Source: an archaeon (GTDB lineage Archaea; Undinarchaeota; Undinarchaeia; Undinarchaeales; JBDRKL01). From it: 19,601 nucleotides of DNA. The position numbers and the translations under genes were made by a program. How positions within the stretch are numbered: position 1 is the stretch's first letter; every line of letters begins with the position of its first letter. The notes beneath the pieces were generated by a model. It worked only from the letters and a program-made list of their open reading frames with translations. It made no database searches and was not told the DNA's origin. Positions 8,899-15,663 of the stretch are shown in pieces. The DNA lies in NCBI GenBank assembly GCA_043814055.1, contig JBDRKL010000005.1:1-19601 (forward strand), read 5' to 3'.

Positions 8899-9006
8899 CT
8901 ATGCTTTCTGTTTTCTTGCCTCGCGCTTGCGCCTGCGCATCTTCTTTTTACGCCACTTCCATCGCTGCTGGCCTTTTTTCTTGAATGCCCTGCTGCTTCG
9001 TTTCAT
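8899..9006 (-). CDS. rpl41e: Ribosomal protein L41e (eL41/eS32), 35 aa; not in the ORF track
   Basis: Translates MKRSSRAFKKKGQQRWKWRKKKMRRRKREARKQKA*, matching the eL41 signature RWKWxKKxxRR. TATA-like ATATAAA on the minus strand about 25-30 nt upstream. Confidence 0.9.
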   Translation of the reverse strand: MKRSSRAFKKKGQQRWKWRKKKMRRRKREARKQKA

Positions 9007-9085
9007 TGATCATTGTGTATCTACGCGCTGGTTTATATGTCTTTCCCAGAGTAAAGTATTTAAACCGGTTGGGTAAAGGAAAGGC

Positions 9086-9583
9086 ATGAACAACAAGGCG
9101 CTTAACTGGGTGCACCGGTTGTTAGTAATCAATACACTGCAGCCGATTATGCGTATTGATTCACTTATTGAAGGGCTTGTTGTCAGCACTTTTGGGGTCC
9201 TTATTTCACTGTTTGGCGCTGCTATTTTCACACAATTAGAACTTGTACGGTCAGCTCAAATCGCTGTGCTTGGGTTCTATGCATACTCCACAGTTCTGGT
9301 TGTGCACTACCTGTATTACAAGTGGGGAAAGCGGAAAGAGTGGACAATTTTAGCTGACAAAAGCAGGAATTATTTACCAATGTTGCTTGGAAGCATACTG
9401 GTTTGGAGTCTTTACCTCAAAGTTGTGGATCGCGCCTTGTATCTGGCGATTTTACCAGGCGGGTTGCAATTTGTGCTTGAGGGACTGCCGGGCTTAATAG
9501 CCCTTATGCTGCCGCTTTTCGCATGGGAATGGCTGTCAAAAGTGACGCCTGTTGATGAAATCGTGAGGTGGCACTTCAAATGA
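9086..9583 (+). CDS. Hypothetical integral membrane protein (about 4 TM segments); true start may be 9149
   Basis: Four hydrophobic stretches. Divergent from rpl41e, with TATTTAAA at 9057-9064. Confidence 0.65.
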   Translation: MNNKALNWVHRLLVINTLQPIMRIDSLIEGLVVSTFGVLISLFGAAIFTQLELVRSAQIAVLGFYAYSTVLVVHYLYYKWGKRKEWTILADKSRNYLPMLLGSILVWSLYLKVVDRALYLAILPGGLQFVLEGLPGLIALMLPLFAWEWLSKVTPVDEIVRWHFK

Positions 9584-9846
9584 GCGAAATGATACAAAAC
9601 GCAGAGAAGTCCCTTGGTTTTCTGGCACAGGCTGCTGATTTCTTTAGCGGGCTAAGCATCACTGTGAACTGGTTGTTGGCCTGGCTTGCCAATTTGGGCC
9701 TCACCTCAATGCAAGCCTATGCCATAATCGGGATACTGGCCCTGTTTTCACTGCTTGGGCTGCTCAGATTTATCATGCTCATAACGAAGATATTGATAAT
9801 CGTGCTGATTTTATGGGTTGTCTTGAGCCTTGTTGGAATTCTTTAG
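9580..9846 (+). CDS. Small hypothetical membrane protein
   Basis: ATGA overlap with the upstream gene supports a start at 9580 (MSEMIQ). The C-terminal half is strongly hydrophobic. Confidence 0.7.
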   Translation: MSEMIQNAEKSLGFLAQAADFFSGLSITVNWLLAWLANLGLTSMQAYAIIGILALFSLLGLLRFIMLITKILIIVLILWVVLSLVGIL

Positions 9847-10338
9847 AAGGGTGCTTGCTCTTGCTTTTGCCGTCTGGACTATGCTCTCGTACTCCTTTGC
9901 AACGTGCGAGAAGAAAATTGAGAACTGGGTGCTCGGCTTTACGATTTTCTTGTAGTACTTCTGCCTGGCTTTTTCGTGGTGGAATGCCTCCCGCTCAAGG
10001 GAAACCATGCCTATGCGCCGCAGCCGGGGAAGGACTATATTGTAGAATGTGGCCTTGGAATAGTTGTTTTTCTTTATGAATTCGCCCAAATCGTCGCCAC
10101 GCATCTCGGTTTTAGTCAAAAGGGCATTCATGAATTTGAGTGAGATGTCATAGTACTTAGCCTGGTACTGAGGGGGGAATACAATTTGGAGGATTTGGTC
10201 CAGCTCCAGCCTAACGTTTTGGTGGTATTTCCAGGAGTCTCTGAGCTTGCGTATATCAGCTAGGCAGAGGGATTCCTTGCTCGGAATGCCCCGGCTGGGT
10301 GGCTGCTTTTTAACATTGTCCTGGTGTTTTTCTGTCAT
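9811..10338 (-). CDS. Hypothetical protein with a probable winged-helix domain
   Basis: Segment GDDLGEFIKKNNYSKATFYNIVLPRLRRIGMVSLER has a helix-turn-helix plus wing pattern. TTTTATATA on the minus strand at about 10362-10370. Confidence 0.7.
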   Translation of the reverse strand: MTEKHQDNVKKQPPSRGIPSKESLCLADIRKLRDSWKYHQNVRLELDQILQIVFPPQYQAKYYDISLKFMNALLTKTEMRGDDLGEFIKKNNYSKATFYNIVLPRLRRIGMVSLEREAFHHEKARQKYYKKIVKPSTQFSIFFSHVAKEYESIVQTAKARASTLLKNSNKAQDNP

Positions 10339-10559
10339 AAGTTTAAGTTAAGTCTTTGTGGTATATAAAAGTTGCCGAAAAAGAGAGTAGTAGTGACAAA
10401 AAAATCGCGGGGCGGGTCTATTGTAGTGGTGTGTTATGAGCTTTTTGGGTGCCCCAGGTATGCCTGTTTGGGGCAAAAGCGCGAAAACGCAGGATTTAGG
10501 GGTTTTAGAGGGTGCAAATGGGTGACAGAATTGGCGCTTCAGCAGAATTTAAACAATAT

Positions 10560-10874
10560 CTAAATAACACCACTATAGTATGGGGCTGGCTGTCGTGTGA
10601 GAGCTGGTTTTTCGGTTATTTTTTCAAAATGCTCAGCGAGTTTTTTGCCCTGCTCAGTGAGCTCAATGTATTTTGTGCGGCCTTCCTTCCTGAATTCAAC
10701 TAAACCCAGTTCACACATTTGGGTCAGAAGGTTGGTTGCGTGCGCGTAAGTGCAGTTTGTTTTTTTAGCTAATTGCGCCACAAACGGCTTTTTCCCACGC
10801 TTGATTGACAACAAAAGGTTGACAGGCTTTTCTCGTATAAATATAGATTCAGGGTATCTGTTTTGATTTTTCAT
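10560..10874 (-). CDS. MarR-like winged-helix DNA-binding protein
   Basis: VAQLAKKTNCTYAHATNLLTQMCELGLVEFRKEGRTKYIELTEQGKKLA is a classic archaeal wHTH pattern. SD-like GGAG upstream. Confidence 0.85.
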   Translation of the reverse strand: MKNQNRYPESIFIREKPVNLLLSIKRGKKPFVAQLAKKTNCTYAHATNLLTQMCELGLVEFRKEGRTKYIELTEQGKKLAEHFEKITEKPALTRQPAPYYSGVI

Positions 10875-11170
10875 TTTTTAGTTTCTCCGAAAGTGTGTTA
10901 GGGGTTGTATGACAGGCACATTTTTGTTTTAAAGCAGAGTGTTGCGCTATCATCTACAAGTTTGGTTTAATGCTTTTTAATATATATGTTTTGCTATATA
11001 GGTTATAGAGTATTTTGAGCATATTGGAGCACCAATTGTGAGAGTTGGGGTGAGAACAGCATTGTGAGTGAGACCGAAAAAAGAGTTCACGCAGGATGGG
11101 AGAGATAGGTATGGAATAGTGGCTTCGCTGCGTATGAGTGATAGTCCCAACAGCTCCCTGTGCGCAGGCG

Positions 11171-11190
11171 AAGAGAAAAGGATTTAAACG
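11171..11190 (+). promoter_or_regulatory. BRE/TATA promoter of tRNA-Gly
   Basis: Purine-rich AAGAGAAAAG followed by TTTAAA (11183-11188), about 32 nt upstream of the tRNA 5' end. Confidence 0.6.
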
Positions 11191-11219
11191 CGTATGAGAG
11201 AATTAAACATAGAGAAAAC

Positions 11220-11336
11220 GCACCGGTGATCCAGTCTGGTAAGATTCAAGCTTCCCAGGCCCACAAATGGCGGAAAAAGCTTGCCACCCGGGTTCAAATG
11301 CGTGTTTTAACGCTGAAATTCCCGGCCGGTGCACCA
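11220..11336 (+). tRNA. tRNA-Gly(CCC) with two introns: 11258-11277 (37/38) and 11299-11319 (59/60); CCA encoded
   Basis: Acceptor stem GCACCGG/CCGGTGC plus A-CCA. Anticodon stem CAAGC/GCTTG with loop TT-CCC-AA. T stem CCGGG/CCCGG with loop TTCAAAT. Removing both introns gives a 76-nt cloverleaf, and each intron forms a strict bulge-helix-bulge. Confidence 0.93.
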
Positions 11337-11512
11337 GTTCCTTCTATTTTTGGCTCCGTTTGTGAGGGTTGTGCTCTGTGTACGCAGAAGTGTTGAATTC
11401 TGAGAGAGTTTGTGAGGGGGTTGTTGTGTGGAGTGTGTGGATTTTGCATTTTGTGAGGGTTTGCGGACCGAAAGTTTGAGGCTCACAAGACGCCGTCAAT
11501 ATGCATAATATC

Positions 11513-11535
11513 CTGTCTATACACTTGTATAGAAA
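11513..11535. repeat. Palindromic box A, copy 2 (CTGTCTATACACTTGTATAGAAA)
   Basis: Same arms as copy 1, with the single difference in the spacer. Followed by a G5 run at 11546-11550. Confidence 0.85.
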
Positions 11536-11781
11536 AGGTGCTTGAGGGGGTTGGATCCCCTTTTAACTTGTGCGAAGCATAGGGGTTTTGAGGAGCATGA
11601 TTTTTAACAACGCGGTTTGTAGGTGGTTAGGCAGGGGTTGCTCCCTCGTGTGCTTGGACCCCACACTAGAAAAGCGCAAACCTTAAAAAGCTCTGCGCAT
11701 AGTATAAAAGTCCTAAAATGAGAAACAATTCGAACCTAGGGACAGGAACTCTAGTTATGGATTGTTGCAAAGGAGGATAAA

Positions 11782-12108
11782 ATGGATGTACAGTTTGAAA
11801 CCATACAAGCAGAGGAGATAAAGTTTGGCAACAACAACTTCATCGAGGTAGCCCGCAAGAAGGCGATTACTGGTGAAGGCGAGAACGAGTTCGTCGCGGT
11901 TTCGCGCGGATTCTTCGCACCGGACGGAACCAAGAGGTTCAAGAAGAGCTTCACGATTCCGGACGCGCCAGAGGTCGTTGACTTCATCTGCAGCAACATA
12001 AAGGCAATGGCAGCAGGCGTAACCAACACAGCGCCAGCAAAGCCAGCACCTGCAGCAGAGGAAGCGCCGGCTGTTGAAGAGGCAGAAGAAGAACAGCCTG
12101 CTGAATAA
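11782..12108 (+). CDS. Small protein, putative PC4/PUR-like nucleic-acid-binding domain with an Ala/Pro/Glu-rich tail
   Basis: Strong SD AGGAGG (11771-11776) and biased codons. Several beta-strand-like segments with aromatic and basic residues, then one helix and an acidic tail. The fold assignment is inference. Confidence 0.75.
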   Translation: MDVQFETIQAEEIKFGNNNFIEVARKKAITGEGENEFVAVSRGFFAPDGTKRFKKSFTIPDAPEVVDFICSNIKAMAAGVTNTAPAKPAPAAEEAPAVEEAEEEQPAE

Positions 12109-12122
12109 TCTGTAGATTTATC

Positions 12123-12166
12123 AAGATGAGCCCTCAACGCAGAGGGCTTCGTCTTTTATTTTTATT
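12123..12166 (+). terminator. Hairpin plus U-rich tract terminator
   Basis: Stem AGCCCTC/GAGGGCT (12129-12148), extendable by AAGATG/CGTCTT, followed by TTATTTTTATT. Lies between convergent genes. Confidence 0.65.
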
Positions 12167-12208
12167 CCAGAATAATTAGATGCGTGAGACGCGGTTTTTT
12201 AGAGTTAT

Positions 12209-12535
12209 TTACTCTTCATCAACGCCAGGCAGTATTACTTCGTCGTCTTCCTCAGTCATTGCTGCTGCTTTCTCATACTGCTTAGGCACGGTCACGAGCA
12301 CAACGTCGTCGCACGCAATAACCTCGCGGTAGGGTATCATTATGTTTTTCTTGACTCCCTGCTCCGACGGGGACAGCGTCTTGTAGAGGAAACTCTCGCG
12401 GGCCATTGTCACGGCGAAGCCGTTGATGCCCCCCTTCTCAGTATCAACAATAGTATCCTCTATCTTGCCGACGTATTTCGCGTTCCGCGTGTATACGTTT
12501 CTTCCAGCCAGGCTGGTCAGGTTTAGGACTGTCAT
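12209..12535 (-). CDS. PRC-barrel domain protein (CdpB-like family)
   Basis: LAGRNVYTRNAKYVGKIEDTIVDTEKGGINGF...IPYREVIACDDVVLV is a PRC-barrel signature. Start moved to MTVLNL (12535) because ATATATAAA lies about 25-33 nt upstream. Confidence 0.88.
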   Translation of the reverse strand: MTVLNLTSLAGRNVYTRNAKYVGKIEDTIVDTEKGGINGFAVTMARESFLYKTLSPSEQGVKKNIMIPYREVIACDDVVLVTVPKQYEKAAAMTEEDDEVILPGVDEE

Positions 12536-12654
12536 CTTACTTGTGTCTTTGTTTCTGGGTTTATATATTTTTGTGTGGCAGCTTTGCGCTTGGCTTTGGG
12601 GGTGCCACAATGTTTTTAAACTGGTGCGGCTTACGAAGGTGCTGGTGACCCTGA

Positions 12655-12843
12655 ATGCCTGATATCAAAGAAGCGCTTGAAAAAATGCTTGACGTTCTTG
12701 TTGAGAAAATTGAAGAAGAGGAAGAGAAGTTAATAGTCTATGTTAACAAGGAACTTGTTGGCAGAGCCATCGGGCCAAGCGGTTCGGTTGTGAGGAGCGC
12801 CGAGCTGATACTTGGGACAGCCATTGAGGTTCGGGGAATTTGA
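12655..12843 (+). CDS. Stand-alone single KH-domain protein (NusA-type KH)
   Basis: VGRAIGPSGSVV contains the KH GxxG loop. SD GGTGA 6 nt upstream. Confidence 0.75.
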   Translation: MPDIKEALEKMLDVLVEKIEEEEEKLIVYVNKELVGRAIGPSGSVVRSAELILGTAIEVRGI

Positions 12844-13409
12844 GAAAGAGATTTAGTTCTTTAGAAATTAAGCACCTTGTTGTTTCAATTTTGGCGATGT
12901 CTATTATTCTGGCCTGGGATGGTTCGGTTGTAGGAACACTTTCCTGGTTCCCGCTATACCTTGTACTCATAGCTCCTGCTTTTGCGTTTCATGAACTGGG
13001 TCACAAGTTTGCGGCGCAGAAGTACGGTTTCCACGCAGAGTATAGGATGTGGAGGCAGGGGTTGTTTTTTGCGGCTGCGCTTGCCTTGATTTCAAACGGA
13101 AATTTTACATTCATCGCACCAGGCGCGGTTTACTTTGGAGGTCGGCAAGGCTCGGACGCACAGGTTGGAAAGATTGGGTTCGCGGGACCGTTGGTTAATT
13201 TGATTCTTGCCGCAGGATTTGGGATGGCTGGTGTGCTGACCGGAAATGGCTTGCTGATGCTCGGGGCTTACATAAATTCATTCATTGCACTTTTCAACTT
13301 GATTCCGTTCCCGCCGTTTGACGGGCAGAAGATAATGGCGTGGAATAAGCTTTATTGGGCTATGGCGCTTGGTTTAGGGATTGTGCTGTTTGTTATGAGT
13401 TCGGGTTAG
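12840..13409 (+). CDS. Site-2 protease family (M50) membrane metalloprotease
   Basis: HELGH zinc motif, AGPLVN and NLIPFPPFDG, multiple TM segments. The TTG start overlaps the KH gene stop. Confidence 0.92.
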   Translation: MRKRFSSLEIKHLVVSILAMSIILAWDGSVVGTLSWFPLYLVLIAPAFAFHELGHKFAAQKYGFHAEYRMWRQGLFFAAALALISNGNFTFIAPGAVYFGGRQGSDAQVGKIGFAGPLVNLILAAGFGMAGVLTGNGLLMLGAYINSFIALFNLIPFPPFDGQKIMAWNKLYWAMALGLGIVLFVMSSG

Positions 13410-13446
13410 AGAAGGAAATAAATAGGATTGTGAACAGTTAGATTTT

Positions 13447-14229
13447 ATGAGTGATGATGATTACGATTGGGATGCCAATGAACAGGGTTTGTGGAGAGAG
13501 GAAGACGATTATAAGATGTACCCAGATAGGTGGAAAAAAGGCTCTTTCTTTAGATTGTACAAAGACGGGGTGTTTGACAAACTCATAGAGAAGGATGAGA
13601 AAGTAGTAAAGAAGCCAAGTGGCTTTTTCTTTTATACGCTTACAGATGTAGATCAGCATTTTATTTGCAAGGGGTTTAAAGATAACTTTGGAAAGTCTGA
13701 CAGAAGCTTCCAGCATTTTGAGATAACGGGGGAAGGAGGAGACCGAACTATTTCATGGGGCCCACTGTACATTGCAAATATGCAGATGTACCGGAATGCA
13801 GAAACCGGGCGAAAATTCAAGCCCGGTGATAAGCGATTAACTTTAGGAGATTTGCTTAAAAAAGGGGGTGACGAAAAAGCGCATCATCTATCTTTTAGCT
13901 ACATGTCTGCTAATCAACTAGGAGATGAAAGACCCACGCTAGTTCAAATTTCTTTTGTCGGCACCAAAGAACAGTGTGCAGTTTGGCATACCAAGATAGA
14001 AGAGAACCCATTTGATGGGTTCAAGGCAGTTCTAAAAAACGTAGCACCAAACCTAGCCAAGGAATTTAACAGAACAGTACACATCTACGGTCTAAAAAAC
14101 ACCAACCGACTAAAGTGGGTTAAGAACAGAGGATGCTTCGTCGCGGATGTAATTAACTTAGCAACCCTCAAGCTAAGGTTTGCGAGCAGCTTCAATAAAA
14201 AGCAAGCACTTGCATCAAAAAACTATTAA
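13447..14229 (+). CDS. Hypothetical protein (260 aa)
   Basis: Long open frame filling the gap between the M50 gene and purB. No motif recognised. Confidence 0.7.
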   Translation: MSDDDYDWDANEQGLWREEDDYKMYPDRWKKGSFFRLYKDGVFDKLIEKDEKVVKKPSGFFFYTLTDVDQHFICKGFKDNFGKSDRSFQHFEITGEGGDRTISWGPLYIANMQMYRNAETGRKFKPGDKRLTLGDLLKKGGDEKAHHLSFSYMSANQLGDERPTLVQISFVGTKEQCAVWHTKIEENPFDGFKAVLKNVAPNLAKEFNRTVHIYGLKNTNRLKWVKNRGCFVADVINLATLKLRFASSFNKKQALASKNY

Positions 14230-14333
14230 CTCAGCTCAGACCCAAAAGCCCCAAGCTTCTTCTCCCCCGCAACTTTGTCCTTGAATAAACGAACTTCTGA
14301 AATTATTTATACTTAGCACAACAAGAATTATGT

Positions 14334-15662
14334 ATGGCAATACATCCGATTGAATTCAGGTACTCCACTGAGGAGATGCGAGCTATTTTTGAAGAGCAGA
14401 ATATATTTGAGAAGAAACTATTGGTTGAGGCCGCGCTTGCAAAGGCGCACGCTGCAGTAGGAAACATCCCGAACGGGGCTGCGGCAGAGATTGAAAAAGC
14501 CATACCAAAAGTAACACTCAGCAGGGCAAAGGAGATTGAAGAGGAGACCCAGCACGACGTGATGGCGATTGTCAAAGCGCTGGGCGAGCAGTGCGGCGAG
14601 GCTGGTAAGTATGTGCATCTGGGTGCGACGTCCTATGATATTGTTGACACGAGCTGGGCGCTTCTGCTTGTTGAGGCGCTCGAGGTTGTTGAGAAAAGGT
14701 TAAGTGAATTCAAGAAGGTTCTGCTTGATTCCGCGAAGAAATACCAGGACACTATTATGGTTGGAAGATCGCACGGTCAGCACGGGCTTCCTATTACATT
14801 GGGGCTCAAGTTCGCGGTCTGGGCTGCTGAAGCGCAGAGAAACCTTGAGAGAGTTCAGCAGGCGAAAGAGGTTGTTGCAGTCGGAAAGATGACAGGAGCA
14901 GTTGGAACAAGCGCGTCGTTCGGCAAGAACGCGGCGAAGATTCAGGAGCACGTAATGAAAGGGCTCGGACTGAAAGAACCGCTTGCCACAACGCAGGTTG
15001 TTCAGCGGGATCGGCACGCTCAGGCTATACTCACGCTCGCGATGATTGGACAGTCCCTGGAGAAGATTGGCAAAGAGATTAGGAATTTGCAGAGGACTGA
15101 GATTGGAGAGGTTGAAGAGCCTTTTGGAAAAAAGCAGGTCGGCAGTTCAACAATGCCGCAGAAGCGCAATCCGTGGAAGTCAGAGCGGGTTTGTGGTTTG
15201 GCACGAGTTTTGCGCTCAAATGTTATGCCTGCCTTAGAGAACATTCCGCTTGAGCACGAGAGGGATTTGACAGACTCCAGCTGTGAGAGAGTAATTCTAC
15301 CAGAGAGCTTTGTGCTGTGTGATTTTATGCTTAAGGAGATGATTGCTATTGTGAGTGGTCTGGTTGTTTATCCTGAGCGGATGAAAGAGAACCTCAAGAT
15401 GAGCAGAGGCAGGAATATGGGCGAAGCTGTGATGATGGCGCTGACTGAGAAAGGAATTGGTAGACAAGAAGCGCACGAGCTCGTGAGAGCCGCGGCGATG
15501 GAGAGTTTTGAGAATAATATAAAAATGAAAGAGGCGCTGCTCAAGAACGCGAAAATTAAAGAGCTCCTCGGGGAGAAAGGAGTTGAACACGCGCTAAAGC
15601 CGGAGAATTACCTCGGGGCAACGAAAGAGCATATTAATACGGTTTTGAAAAAACTAGGTTGA
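14334..15662 (+). CDS. purB: Adenylosuccinate lyase
   Basis: Motifs TQHDV, HLGATSYDI and GRSHGQH, the fumarate-lyase signature GSSTMPQKRNP, and HERDLT. Confidence 0.97.
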   Translation: MAIHPIEFRYSTEEMRAIFEEQNIFEKKLLVEAALAKAHAAVGNIPNGAAAEIEKAIPKVTLSRAKEIEEETQHDVMAIVKALGEQCGEAGKYVHLGATSYDIVDTSWALLLVEALEVVEKRLSEFKKVLLDSAKKYQDTIMVGRSHGQHGLPITLGLKFAVWAAEAQRNLERVQQAKEVVAVGKMTGAVGTSASFGKNAAKIQEHVMKGLGLKEPLATTQVVQRDRHAQAILTLAMIGQSLEKIGKEIRNLQRTEIGEVEEPFGKKQVGSSTMPQKRNPWKSERVCGLARVLRSNVMPALENIPLEHERDLTDSSCERVILPESFVLCDFMLKEMIAIVSGLVVYPERMKENLKMSRGRNMGEAVMMALTEKGIGRQEAHELVRAAAMESFENNIKMKEALLKNAKIKELLGEKGVEHALKPENYLGATKEHINTVLKKLG

Positions 15663-15663
15663 A

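Larger units (their letters stand above)
11036..11461 (+). repeat. Dispersed motif B copies (TTGTGAGRGTT) on the plus strand, flanking the tRNA
   Basis: TTGTGAGAGTT at 11036-11046, TTGTGAGGGTT at 11360-11370 and 11451-11461, TTGTGAGGGGG at 11410-11420, and a partial TTGTGAG at 11062. Confidence 0.7.

Noticed and set aside
9112-9119. GCACCGGT identical to the tRNA 5' end
   Set aside because: Only 8 nt, which is expected by chance. No split-tRNA leader or att structure.
11160-11396. 78-aa ORF
   Set aside because: It overlaps the tRNA-Gly gene entirely and is spurious.
11359-11461. Mini-CRISPR suggested by three TTTGTGAGGG repeats
   Set aside because: The repeats are only 10-12 nt, spacing is irregular (50 and 41 nt), and no cas genes are present.
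7725-11535. Integrated element bounded by attL/attR at the 23-bp repeats
   Set aside because: There is no integrase or transposase, the repeats are not the tRNA 3' end, and the enclosed cargo includes core genes (rpl41e, tRNA-Gly).
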